From assembly GCA_951406725.2 (NCBI GenBank), contig OX597825.1:45446001-45510000 (forward strand): DNA of 64,000 bases, written 5' to 3'. Positions 23,646-36,934 of the stretch are shown here, one piece after another. The translations under genes and the position numbers were made by a program. Positions within the stretch are counted from its first letter, which is position 1. The number at the start of each line of letters is the position of its first letter. The notes beneath the pieces were generated by a model, which was given only the letters and a program-made list of their open reading frames with translations, ran no database searches and was not told the DNA's origin. This stretch comes from Octopus vulgaris (lineage: Eukaryota).

Positions 23646-26600
23646 TGAAATGAAGAAAATAAAACAAAGTTAACAATCAAAATAAGTATTCTTTATTCCA
23701 ACATAAGACCTTGGGGAAAGGTTCTTCTTGAAATAAATATTAACAGGATTATTATTGCAAAGAAAAGTTAATTAGAAACTGTTGATACTATTATGCCTGG
23801 CACATCCTACTACATTATATATGCCTGCAAAGGTTTCCTTATAGAATAGTCTAGAGGACACTCAAAAGAATCATATAATTCTCCCCAACCAAAATATTTT
23901 CTCTGAGTGAACATACTAGAACAGTGAATATTTACACGTCATGCCAAACTGGGGGTCGCCTCGCATGCTGGGACCGACATAATGGTAACTGGATAGGCTC
24001 AAGAGAGTTGAAGAAGTTTGGATCTGGTGAGTTCATTAGGGTTTGGTCAGAAGAGTTGTTTGGGGAAGACCCAACAGGAACTAAATTTGATTCACATTTG
24101 TCGACTGTTGGATTATTACTGGTCATTTGATTTTTCAATACGCTATTGGGAACTTTGTGGTCTCTCACTGCATGGTTCTAGATCACGCAGTGATACATTA
24201 CTTTCACGACCATCTGGATATTGGATACAGGATACTGGGGGTTTGATTCAATCAAATGAACCTTGTCATCCTTATTTTGACTGGCGAATATAACATTTCA
24301 ATAAGACAGGACCTGGATTACTCAACCATGTTGGAATTGATGTCCCATTTAGAGATCTTCTTGCAAAATTGAACTTTCATTCATGAGAAGTAATATTTGT
24401 TGCTGTACAAAGTAGGGAGCAGATCGAGTGAAGTGCATCTGGCAAAACAACCTCCCAAAATTTCACATCAAGTTTTCTGGAGCAACAGGCAAATTTAATT
24501 ACTTTCCAAATGATATCATTGTATCGTTCATACCGTCCATTCCCTCTTGGGTTATATGGGCATGTTTTACTAGTGGCAACATTTTTACTGTGAAGCCATC
24601 CTTTCAATTCCTCCAACAAAAAGCAGCAGCCTCTATCCAAATGCACATATCTAGGCATACTGAATACTAAGAATATTGAGCAAAGACTCTTGATGACTGT
24701 TGGAGTTCTAGTGTCTCCACTTGGAATAGCAAAAAGAAATCTAGAATATTCAACTTCTGTTAAAATATATTTGTTATGAGTAGCAGATGGAAGTGGATCT
24801 TTAAAATCTAACAGTGATGTTGCCTAAATATGCAAATGTGGCTATTAGATTGTTTGCAGATATAAATTTATCTATAGATCATTGAAAACAAGCAACACCA
24901 TTAGTTATTCCTCGTGGTATTCTCGTAAATTGCCACAGTTTGCTGTTAGCTTCAAAGGTGGTGAACTTTTTATCTTCATCACGAAGAAGAACTTGGTAGT
25001 ATGCATGTTTGAGATCAATGGTTCTGTATACACTATAATTCACAATGTTATTGATCTGATCAGAAATCCAAGGTAGTGGGTATGCATCCATTAAGTTGAG
25101 TGAAATGATTTACTGTCTGGAAATAATCCACAACCATCTTTGTTTTTTTTTTTGGTGTTCTTTGGCAGCAACAACTTGGCTCGATAATGCCTTCAGCCAA
25201 GAGACATTGGACTTCCAACTTGATAAAATCTCGATTTGGCTTACTGTAATAATGAGATTTAACAGCAATTGGTTTACAATCTGCTGATAAATTATTGAAT
25301 AATTCAGGTGGAGTAACCAATAATGTTGACAATCCACATAACTCAACATTGAGGCTTTTATGTTGAGAAAGTATATCCTGACCAATAATGATGTCCATGC
25401 AGAGTGACTGTGAGTACAGTCCTGAAGACATAAAGTGACCATGACACATCCAATGACAATTTCTTTCAGTGAAGGCTCTGCCATGGCTACTGTAGATGAA
25501 GCTGAAGTTACTTTCAACTGTAACTAGTTAGCAAGTCATTTAGAAATGAAGTTATTTGAGCTTCCAGTATCAACTAATGTGTCAGCAACCACAGAATTAA
25601 TTTTTACATGGATTATTGTTTTCCGAAAGCTGTTGGGAGAGGCAGCTAGAGTGGGATCTACCTTCTGAAGAACATATTAAAATGCAGACAGAGTTGCAGA
25701 TGTATTTGAACTTTTAGCAGAAGAGGACCTACATACCTTAGAGAAATGTCCTAATTTCCCACAATTATTACAAATCGCTTCTCAAGCGGGGCAATGTGTC
25801 CAATCATGTCTATCATGTCCAATCATGTCTATTGACACCACAGAAAAAACAATTTCCTTTCATTTTAGTGAATCCTGCATTTAGTTGTAATTCATTATTA
25901 ACTGCTCTTAAAGCTGATGAATTGTATGCATCTGAGGTTTTCTGAGCTACCTCTAGAGTCTGACTGGGTGACTGCTGCGTCAAGTGTTATGGTTGTATTT
26001 TGTAATAGACTCTGTTGAATGGGATGAGATATAAGTCCATTGATAAAAGCATCTCTAATCATTTCTTGTTGATAAATTACTCCAGTTACATCCTTGAAGG
26101 TACGATCTTTGGCAAACAACCGCAAAGCACTGAGATATTCATCAAAGCTTTCTCCTAGCTGTTGATGTCTAGTAGCCAAGCAGTGTCAAGCATATATCTC
26201 ATTCCTTGGCGCAATATGTAATTTCTCAAGGTTTGCGATTGCCATGTCATAATTAGTGCAATCAGAAATGAATTTGAATACTGTTGGTGACACAAAATTA
26301 ATAAGGATATCAAATTTGTTCACAGCATCATGATTTGCACTTACCAAAGTAAGGAAGCTTGTGAAAGTTCTCTTCCAGTGTACCCATGCCTTGTTAGACC
26401 CTTTAGTGCTTGGTATGGCGTCGAGTGTTTAGGACGTAAAAGTTTATCCATAATATTTAGATTGAAATGAAGGAAATAAAACAAAGTTAATAATCAAAAT
26501 AAGTATTCTTTATTCCAACATAAGACCTTGGGGAAAGAGGTTCTTCCTGAAATAAATATTAACAGGATTACTACGGAAAAGAAAAGTTAGAAAATATTGA

Positions 26601-26692
26601 TACTATTATGTCCAGCACATCCTACTACATTATATATGCCTGCAGAGGTTTCCTTATAAAATAGTCTAGAGAACATTCAGAAGAATCATACA
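23646..26692 (-). mobile_element. Ty3/Gypsy LTR retrotransposon, internally deleted and decayed
   Basis: LTRs 23646-23877 and 26463-26692 (TG...CA); PPT GGTTGGGGAGAAT. Gag from ATG 26451 (MDKLLRP..., CCHC knuckle), protease DTGSS, partial RT (DLKHAYYQV...FTRIPRGITNG), integrase (DRG, YNPRGNG.YERYN). RT end and RNase H are missing. Confidence 0.9.
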
Positions 26693-26890
26693 GTTGGATT
26701 TTTGCAGTTTTTTTTTTTCTTTCTTGTGATTTTATTTGTATAAAACACAGGAATACAGAAAATAAAGAAAAAAAATACCTTTTAATATTGACTGACAAAA
26801 TTTGTAGAGCACTATGCCAATTCAAAAAAATTGTTTCAGCTCTATGCTCAGAATTCAGAGTCCTTTAATTGGTTATGTATGCCAAATTTA

Positions 26891-28090
26891 TTGGGTTTGT
26901 AAAAAAGTCCATTGCTTTTTTTTTTAAGTAAAAACATTAACTATAATTAGATAGTTGTATATTACTCAACCACATTTTCCCCATTTTGTTCCATTATCTT
27001 TTGCCATCTTTGAGGCAGCTTCATGATCCCATCCTCCCAGAAATTGGCATCTTTCTGGTTCATGAACTGGTCTAAGTAGTTTTTACACTTTTTTAAAGAA
27101 TCAAAGTTCTTCCCATTAAGAGAATTATGCAGGGATCAGATAAATAATAATCCAAAGGTGCAAAGTCAGGTGAATATGGTGGGTGGGGTAGGACATCCCA
27201 CCCAAGCTGCACCAACTTCTGCCTGCTCTGCAAAGAAACATGCAGTCTGGTGTTGTCCAGCACCCTTTTGGTTAGACAGCACCCTTTTGGTTAGCTAATT
27301 CTGGACATTTTTCATCAATTGCCCCCTTTAATCAGTCTAATTGGGAACAATGATAGTCTGAATTTAATGTCCTTCCAGTCCCACCAGATACAGAGCATCA
27401 CCTTCTTCAGATACAGACCAGCTTTTGGAGAGATTGAAGGCAGTTCATTTCATTTTCTCCCAGGACCTTTTTCATTTATGTTGTTGTAAATAATCCATTT
27501 CTCATCACACATGATCATTCTTTACAAAAATCAATTTTTTTTTTCATCTGAGCAGAGAATCGCAGATGGAAATATGGAAATGATTTCTATTAAGTTTTTT
27601 CCATTAAGTTATGAGGCACCCAAATATCATAACAGTTCATGTAACCAAGTGTTTGTAACTGCATTATAATGCTCACATGAGATACATGGAGAATCTCTGT
27701 GATGTCTCATGATATATGACATGAATTGTTTTTTATTAAAGTCTGTAGGCCTGCTGGAACATTCACAATCTTCCAGGTCAAAATTTTCAGTTATAAACCT
27801 AGCAAACCACTTTCGAACAGTACTTTCATCTATGACACCATCTCCATAAACAGCACATATCGTCTTTGTTGTTTGTGGAGTGCTTTTTCCTTTGTGAAAT
27901 GATGAAAATGTATTTCATTTTCCTTCATTTTCAGTTTTATCATAAGAACTGTAGAAGTAAATAATCTCCACAAAATTCAAATAGAAAAATGTGTGAAGAT
28001 CTCTTTCAGAAAATATATATATGTCATATGTTCCTGTCGCGTGATTAAATTTCAACTGAAAGATGCTACAAACTTTTTTTGCCAACCTAA
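26891..28090 (-). mobile_element. Mariner (Tc1/mariner) transposon relic
   Basis: TA-flanked imperfect TIRs TTGGGTTTGTAAAAAAG / CTTTTTTTGCCAACCTAA. Minus-strand transposase motifs HPPYSPDFAPLDYYL, WIIYNN and MKLPQRWQKIMEQNG; many stops. Confidence 0.88.
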
Positions 28091-28879
28091 TAAATCATGA
28101 TAAATACCATAATATCTAATCTTGATTAACTGACTTTTCCAGCCTGTTTGAGTTTTATGCTACATATCCCCTTTGGAAAGGTAGAAATATAATTATCATC
28201 TCATAACCTTACTTTTATATATATGTTTATTATTTTCATTACATTTTATAATGTGAACAATTAGCAGTAAAGTGGAATAAAAATAGAATTTGCAATATTT
28301 ATTTATGTCTCTTCGTGTATAAAGTTCAGATATGTAAGCTTAGTTTTAAGAGGGGAGTGTAGCTAATTAAGGAGATCCCAGTACATACTGTATTTGAACT
28401 TAGAACACAAAGAGTTGCATATAAATTCAGCAACTCCATTTTTATGTTACATTTACTACATAATGAACTTGTTGATAACAATAAGTTATGGACAAATGTC
28501 TGGACATAAGTTGGCTCAAAGAGAAACAAAAGACATAAGAGAAGCATGCTTAAACAACACATATAGGAGCAAGCAAAAAGGACTAAAACAGCACTTGCTA
28601 AAAATGAAAGGGGCTTGGCCTCTTGTAACTGTTTGAGGTGAGGCAACAGAAGCTTCATGTACCACATATTTGCCCACAGGCTCATTGATTTCTGGTTCCT
28701 TGTTATTGTACCCAATATGAGCAAGTTGTGAGTTCATAGGTCACAAGAAATGGCATGCTGAGAAGTTAGTATGTACTTACAAGTACTAATGCACCCCCCC
28801 CACACACACACAAAAGAAAAACTCTCAGGGCACTGAGTGCAGAAACAAAATCAACAAGACTTTGCAGGGGCCATAAAGA

Positions 28880-29430
28880 ATAAGGACACACAGGAAATAG
28901 ATTTTCTAAAATGCCCTGAAGGCATTAGAAGTAGTGGATAATTTCAGTAACCTTGGTGACCTAATTAGCAGTAATGTTTTGAAAGTATGATTGCTAAAAT
29001 AAGAATAGGACAGAGAAAATTCAAGGAGCTATTACTTCTATTGGCTACAAAAGGTCTCTCCCTGAATGAAAGGCAGAGTGTATGATGCTTGTATTTGAAT
29101 AGCAATGCTACATGATAGTGAGATGTAGGCTGTGAATGCAGAGAATATGCAAAGACTAGAGAGTAATGAAGTTAGCACGATCCATTGACTGAGCATGTAC
29201 AACAAAGTGCTAAGAGGAATCAGATGTAGTGTGCAAGAAAGATGACTGCACTGGTTTAGTCATATGATGCCTATGGATAAGGACAGTTGCATGAAGAGGT
29301 GCCAGCTACTTTTGAAAGAGGAGACCCAGGAAGACATGGAACAAAGTAGTGGAGGTTGTGCCGTACAGAAGAGATGACAAATGAATGAGACAGTTGGCAA
29401 TTTGCTGTACTCAAGAAAAACATAACACAG
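28880..29430 (+). mobile_element. Old RTE LINE fragment
   Basis: Decayed homology to 10860-11430 (LEVVDNF..LGD, KFKELLLLLATKGLSL, YDAC). Confidence 0.75.
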
Positions 29431-30779
29431 CAAATACAATGTGCTAAAAGCATTCTGATTATGTTTGTGACCTATTCTGCCCCATTAAGCATTCCTTACG
29501 TCCCCATTGCCCTGACAAACAGCCCTCCATCACCTCGCTATCTATGGCACCATCTAATGGTTGTAATGATTTGAGAGTGTTGGCACATACTACTCCTCTC
29601 ACTTTCTTTACACAACCAGTTATCTCCTTCCCCATTATCCTCCTTTCTCCACCCATGCTATTTCACTGATTACCCTTCTCTGCTTTCAATTGTCTCTCCT
29701 CTGCCACATTCCATTTTATTTCATTCTAGGCACTCTTGCATACATACCATCATTTCACACTCACTATAACCACCCTTATGTACCCTTACATCTCCCTCCT
29801 TTCCACTCCAACATCATCCTGTTGCTCATTTCCACTCTTACACCTTGCACATCATCACCCCCATCTATCCTTTATGAGCCATTCTATCTCTCAATTTATC
29901 TCCTTTCCATATAGATATTTCCCATCAAGCATACCTCCTCTACTCCCATTTCTAATCATCTGTTACTTTCCCCTTAATGACAACCTATGTTTTGTGTTCA
30001 TACAAAGGCAAACTTCAGAAACAAGCATTATATCAAAAGAGAGCTGCAGGCTACTTAAGACGAAATAAGACAAAAAACTAAAGTTGAGTAAAAATACAAC
30101 ATACCAACAAAGGATACATCAGTATCACCAGATGCTGATGTCTCCTGATAATTTCTTTCAGCTCCATCTGAAATGATTATTGTCTAGAAGTCTGCTTTTA
30201 TTCTGTGATTGGGAATATGTCCCACTTTGTCCATATGCATATTTTTCTATATTTTATTTTGTCTCTCCCCCTACTCCCTGGCAATACCCTGCCAGCACCT
30301 GCCACTATTCATCTCTCTCTTCCTTACTCTACCATCCTGTCTGCACCCTGATCCCTTACTTACTGCCATCCCTCCTGCTCTTGCTATCTCCTACTCTCTC
30401 TCTCTCTCTCTCTTTCTCTTTCTTCCCTCTGGTTGAATAATCATGTATCACCTCTACAGCAACAAACCTGTTTCTACCCTCATTCTTGATCATTCTCTCT
30501 CCCTCCTTTTGCTCTTACCTCTGGGTTGGTAACTATGTGTCTCCTTTACAGTAGCACACCTCTTTCTTGTTAACTCCCCCCTCTCTCTCTCTCTAGGTAA
30601 CCATGCCACTCCTCTTCAGTAGTATACCTGTTTCTGCCCTCATTCTTATTAACTCTTGCTCTCTTTCTCTGGCTGGGTAACCATGTATTCCTCTACAGCA
30701 AGACATCTGTTTCTGTCACACTAACTTTTCATCATCTGACACAAGATCACCTCCTCCAATTCCCCCTCCCCTCTCAAAG

Positions 30780-31060
30780 ATTCCTTGTCTTGCAAAGTTA
30801 CTTGGTGACCCTGCCAGTGCAGATGTCACTTAAAAAGCACTCAATTCACACTGTAAAAACCATGCCAAAATTGACTTTGCCTGTGCAAGTGCCACATAAA
30901 ATGCACTCAGCTCACTCTGTGGAGTGGTTGGTGTTAGGAAGGGCTTCAAGTTGCAAAAACCATACCAAAAACAGACACAGAAGCATGGCACAGGCTCTTG
31001 CCTGGCCTGCTCCTGTCAAACCATCCAACCCATGTTAGCATGGAAGGATGATGATGATGT
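30780..31060 (+). mobile_element. RTE 3' UTR / RTE-derived SINE fragment
   Basis: GAGTGGTTGGTGTTAGGAAGGGC...CCAACCCATGTTAGCATGGAA...(GAT)n, as in 11865-12020. Confidence 0.7.
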
Positions 31061-31765
31061 TCCAGTAGTTCTGAGAAGAGAGACTGAATCACTAATTACA
31101 GCTGAAAGATTGATCAAAATTAGATAGACAGCAAATGCAGATTATGCCAAAAGGAGATGAAAGTATACATGGTTGTACATGAATGCTGTTTTTTTTTGCA
31201 TGCACCACACATATGACTAATATTCTTTATGGTTATTGTAGTACTTCCCATGCATGCATGGAAGATGAACATTAAATGATAATGATTATTTTATATATTT
31301 TATCATACTCTCTGCTCATTTCCCCACCTCCCATCATGAACAACTGCACATTTTTGCCTATCTCTTTTCTTCAAATTTTTGTCTTTATAATTCTAACCAT
31401 TCCTTGCAGCCTCTTAATTCATTATGTTTATGACTACACCTTCTTTATCTCAGCTCTTTCTCCTCCTCTTCCCACTTTGCATGTCTATTTGTCCATTTCT
31501 TTTGCCTTTGTGTTGTTTTCTCACTTATTTTCCATCCCACTCATTTCAACCTGGATCTTGTTACAAACTTTGCTGCCTCTTCTATCTCATTTCCCTCATT
31601 GTATACCTTGCAGACTACTCATATTACTTCTCAGTGGTTTTTCTACTTCTCTCCTATTAGAGCAACAATGACTGAAATATCAACTAATGTAAAAATATTT
31701 TATTGACTTAATTTAAATTCCTCTTGGTGAATCTTATTAATGATAATTACTTATTGATGTTTTAG

Positions 31766-31947
31766 AATTGCTCAATGTTGAGGAGTTACCTACAAGTGAA
31801 GAAGACAATGGGTACAAGTGGAATATAAACAACAAGTACTACACTGCACAAGTACAACTGTATGCCTTGCCAGATGCCACCTCTCCAGTTTGTAGGCAAT
31901 ACCCTGATTCAGTACAAGCTGTTATTCTCTATTTTGATGCCAATGAG
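31766..31947 (+). CDS. AAGAB: AAGAB coding exon 2
   Basis: TTTAG acceptor and GT donor at 31948. Encodes LLNVEELP...YKWNINNKYYTAQVQLY...DSVQAVILYFDANE, matching the AAGAB signature W.I.NKYY.A and VQA.V.YFD. Confidence 0.9.
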
Positions 31948-34900
31948 GTTTGCAATGCATTTATAGCTTTCTTTTGCATATTTGAAAAGCATTTCCAGAC
32001 TTAAAAATTCAAAAATCCAATGAATCCAAAGTATTGATGAAAGTTGTTATTACAATTCCGATAGTCCATGGTGTATTTAGAGCATCAGGATTCTAATGTT
32101 TCTTAGCATACCTAGCTGACAGAAATATATAATAGATCTTTGAATATTACCGATAATTGTCAAACATTATACATGGAGATGATTTATTTCTTATCTGTTG
32201 CTTAAACCATAAAACTGGTGTTGAAAAGTAGCTTGGATTCTAGAGACATTTGCAACTTCATCATATTTGATATTTTCAATATCATGATGCACTGTCTCCT
32301 ACTGAAACTGCCTGTGTCACTATTTGAAAACTGCTCTGAGCTTCCTATTTGCTGGGCTACTTACAGGGCTCTAAGTAATGATTAGCTGCAATGCATGAGT
32401 CATGGTTTCTTATAGTGCCACTCTTGGTGTTCCTCTAAAGATTGTGGTCACTGTTGTTCCTCTTGACTAAACCATGTTTCTGGTTGAAATCCAGTTTAAA
32501 TAATAAAGACCAGTAACTGAGCTAGATTCAAGGGAATGTATTCTTTTCTTTACTGAAAAAAAAGTCATTAACCAAAACAAATCGTTATAAATAGTGTATC
32601 ATAACATAATACAGTCTGTTTTACTGGCAATTTTCCTTGCTTACCCTACAAAGAATAGACTTTGTGCAATATGCATAACTCTCATTCTCTGACATAATCT
32701 GATACAATATTAATCTGATACAATACATTGCTATGTATATTCACATATGAAATCAGTTACATGCTACTGACTTCACTTTTTGTATAACTGATTTTAGTTT
32801 ACCCAGCATATCTTGAAATATTCAGTGAAAAAAAGCAAAATTTGGAACAACAAAAGAATAAAATTTTATTTTGTTGAGTTAATAAAATTGGTGCCAGTGT
32901 TCATCTGACAGCACACTTTTTTTCTTTTTTGATGCTTTAATGTGAGGAGATTGAAATAGGAGGAAAAGCCATAATTCATAGGTTATCCACAAACTGGTGG
33001 CATGACTTGAATACCTGCAACAAAGTGAACTTTACTAAAGAAACTTGTAAAGTGCAAAGTGGTTATGTTTAACCAGGTAACAGGTTATGCCTACCACCCA
33101 AGAATGGATACAGTCACCTTTCTGTACAGTTCACCTTTCCCCTAACTATGGCTGGAGACACTGAGTTGCCTGAGTTGCTGTTTATTGAAATCAAGCCCAA
33201 AACCATATGATTGCAAAGGGACTTTTATAACCGTGTGCCTGAGCCATTACAAATGTGTAACCTTGAGCCAGTTTTAAAAAAAAAATCATTGTTTTTATTA
33301 TCTGAATTTGAGAGTAAAGTAAAATGGAATGATAAAAATGTGTTTACAGTTCATTTAACAATATTATTGTAAAGAAATGTGAATAAAAGAGAGTCATTTA
33401 CTTTCTACATCTGCATGGTGCTTTCAGAAAGTGTAAAATCATAAAATCTAAAACTTTAATTACTGGAATTGAATCGAAGAAAATAAATATTAAAATGATT
33501 TTCACAAATTAGTCAACTAATACTGGATTCAGTTTCTGAATAGCAAGGATAAGATTTTGTAATAAAATATCAATGTTAGCCTAGAAGCATCATAAGATTG
33601 AATCAAAATGAAAAGTATATGGAAAATATGCATTTGTAATTATTTAGCTTCTGAAGTATGTTTGTACCTATGACCTGCACAGTTGATGTTCAATTTGAAC
33701 TTCTATAGGTCCACACATAGATGGAAAAAAACACGAGTAGGGAGTGCTGCAATTCCTGGTATAGTGGATTACAAAAAGTGTTTCATACAGAGTTTAATGT
33801 GTGAGAAGGGATGCAAAGAATGCTGTCTTTATAGGAGTAGTTGTTGAATGTGATGGCAAGTAAGCTGTTGATGTGCAAGTGTGTAAGGGAGACAACTAAA
33901 CCTTAGAGTTAATGTAGGTTAGTGAGTGCTCCATCAGTGCATGTGATGGTGTGATCTGACATGATCTTCCCAGTCTAAGAAATGGATAAAGCATAACAGA
34001 TCTTTTTTTTTTTTTATCTAAGAGACTTGCATGTCAAACATGATCAAATATTTCATTGACTTTTAAGTGTAACAATTTCGTTTTCACTAAATTTTTCAAG
34101 TATGAGAGCCTGGTGAACATTGAGGAGATTTAAGGTTTTGGAGAAGGTGATTAACAAATATCTCCAAAACCTTTGGAAGTGAGTGATAAATTGGGTTGCT
34201 CTGTTTCTAGGAATATAATAAAATGTGTGTTTCCAAAGATCAGGACAGATCCCTTTAGAGTGAGATTGAAGAATTTGACAAAGATAAGAAATAGCTTGGG
34301 AGCACATTGTCTGAGCATAATGAAAAGAGCAATTTGGACCATTAGCCTTGAAAGTTTGAAGCAATTTTACCTAGTGTGTGCAGTGTGGAGTTGGATGCAA
34401 GTGAGCTGCAAATGGGAAGGCTTTCTTTATGGGGGTACTGTTTATGGAAACATTATGGTCGAAAAGTAAAGATTAGCTTGTGTTCTGTGGCATGCACTAA
34501 ATCCTGTTTTACATTTCATATGATGGTCTTGCAGTTTCAGTGATGGATAAAGTTGTCCACCATATGATGAGTGGGGTTTTTTCCCCAAGCATTGTAAGAT
34601 CATGTTCTTTGTACTCCCACAGTGCTGCAGTGTGTGAACCATTTAGTAGATTTAGGGTTTTGTGCTTTAGTTTTGTGTAAGATGTGAAGGGAAATACTTA
34701 AGAGGATGGTTTCAGTCACCTACTTAGTTATTTCTGATAGGTAGAGGTAATACACATACAATGTAAGGAATAGTTAATGTAGAGCTATAAGCACCCCAAC
34801 TAGCTAGCTGATTTGAAGTGCCAAAGTGTGAAAATGTTTGTTGTGCAATGTGATGTATCCATCATGTGATAAGGCATTGTTGATCTAATAAATGCAGAGA

Positions 34901-34962
34901 TAGTGATGGTTAGGTAGAGGCTGTATTCAGTGATAAGAAAGTGATTTAGAGTATATAGAGTA

Positions 34963-35350
34963 CTAGCAGTATCGCCCAGCGTTGCTCAGGTTTGTAAGGG
35001 AAATAACTATAAAGCATTTTTAGAGAGTTATAGCCAAAAAATAGCAAAAAGATGGAAAAAAATGATGGTAAATATTTTTTTTAGTTAAAAAAGGTGGAGT
35101 TGCGTCCCCTAGACAGTTTGCGGTTTGTGTTTCTGATTCTCGACCCCATGTCGAATTTATCGATTTTTTTCAGAACTGGGGGAACTTTTCGAAATTTTCG
35201 CTGCGTTAGTTTTGAATTATGACATTGGGCTATGTGTGTGTCAAGTTTCATCAGAATCGGTTGAAAGCCGTGGTCAGGGTGAGGGTACAAGAAAACAGAC
35301 ACACAGAAACACGCACAGACAAACTGCCGTTTATATAGAGAGAGAAGAGA
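34963..35350 (-). mobile_element. Non-autonomous Helitron
   Basis: 5' TC...TATATAAACGGCAGTTTG, with ~250 bp matching 41587-41835. 3' hairpin and CTAG at 34963-34966, shared with the 49568/50069 copies. Confidence 0.88.
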
Positions 35351-36376
35351 TATTTATGAACCAATGGGGGAGACCTCTATATGGTAGCTAGACCTAATAG
35401 AAATAGCAACCAAATCTCCCTCGAATTATACCAACTGTCTGATGTACGTATAAGCCAGTGTGGGAAACTACTACATAGTAGCTATAGCTGTTAGAAATAG
35501 CAGCTAAATCTCCCTCAAACCAAACCCTACTATTTTATGTATCTATGTATGTATGAGTCAGTGTAGGAGACTTCTCCATGGTAGCTATACCTCAAAAATT
35601 CCTTGTCTTGCAAGTTACTTGGTGACCCTGCTGGTGCTGGTGCTTATGTATGTATAGATTTATAAGTTGATCTGAGATGCATAAGGGAATGAATCTAACT
35701 GTTGTAGAAAGTTAGGATTGTAAAAGATTCAGTTCTGTATGAATAGCATTGAAGTTGCTGAGGATGTAAGATAGATGTCCTCAGTGTTTGAAGAAATGGT
35801 TGTTGGAAGAGACACAAAGGCAGCGGTTGCATTTAGACGAGTTGGGAAGATTTTGAGTAAGAGTAATCAAAAGTCATTGTGATGAGAAAGGAGAGTAGAA
35901 TCTATTTGCAGACTTTCCCTTTCAGAGTTAAGTTTGAGTATACTGTGGCTTGGATTGATGTTAAACTAGGTGGTGGATTGTGTCTACCATTAAAAAGGGA
36001 AGTTTAGAGGGGAGCTGTGGTGTTTTATCATCAATGCTTTTTATCCTCTTGAAATGACTATCAAATTCGATTCAACTGAATGGTTTGATCAAATACTTCC
36101 ATTCGATATCCTTCTCCACTATGGAGATGTTTTGATGAATGTTATAATGGACATAGCAAGCAGGCAGGTTGAATCAGTGTTTGTTGACATCTGGAAATGT
36201 TTCTATTATGGCTGTTCATAGCAAATTAGGAGGTAGACTAGTCCATTGTTTGTTGTGATAAAATATTTAATAGTGGATAGTGACTGGTCAGCTCAAATAT
36301 TTCTGTTTTCATTTTTCTCTGAAATACATTATATATCAGTTTATTTTCCCTTTCTTTAAAATGTATACATATTACA

Positions 36377-36934
36377 GAAATATTAATATTACTAAGTCTC
36401 TCTAAAAGAGATTGCGGCAGCGTCGCTAGAAATCAATTGTTATCGCCATATTAATATGGCATTCTTATTATAAGAATAAAAGCTGTCCGCTGATTAGCTC
36501 CATGAGGCCAAACGCCTTAAGATAGCTATGATACACAAACTGTATCCATTTTTAACCTTCGAACAAGGGAGGTCAGCCGCTTCACACTGCCAGTCCGACA
36601 GCTACAGACGCGTTTCAGGGTATTTGCCCTTTGTCAATGTAGCGCAGTCAGACCTCAGCAGGTGGCGACACTGACATCTCTGTTCGAAGGTTTTTATTTA
36701 TCTAGTTTCAGTGGAATACATCCACTTGTTCTTAATAACAGAAATATTAATATTACTAAGTCTCTCTAAAAGAGATTGCGGCAGCGTTGCTAGAAATCAA
36801 TTGTTCGAAGGTTAAAAATGGATACAGTTTGTGTATCATAGCTATCTTAAGGCGTTTGGCCTCATGGAGCTAATCAGCGGACAGCTTTTATTCTTATAAT
36901 AAGAATGCCTTATTAATATGGCGATAACAATTGA
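36377..36934 (-). mobile_element. Non-coding retrozyme/Penelope-like element A2 (364 bp monomer + direct repeat + inverted segment, 13 bp TSD)
   Basis: 36374-36441 is repeated at 36738-36805; 36801-36935 is the reverse complement of 36432-36566. TATACATATTACA flanks both sides (36364-36376, 36935-36947). Confidence 0.8.
36601..36643 (-). ncRNA. Minimal type I hammerhead ribozyme, U3-A8 variant
   Basis: Minus strand: GCTACA-TTGACAA-AGGG-CAAATA-CCCT-GAAA-CGCG-TC-TGTAGC. Perfect stems I and II, palindromic ACGCGU stem III, GUC triplet. Confidence 0.8.

Noticed and set aside
33700-34900. Possible decayed Penelope-like RT on the minus strand
   Set aside because: Only vague motif echoes; cannot be supported without a profile search.
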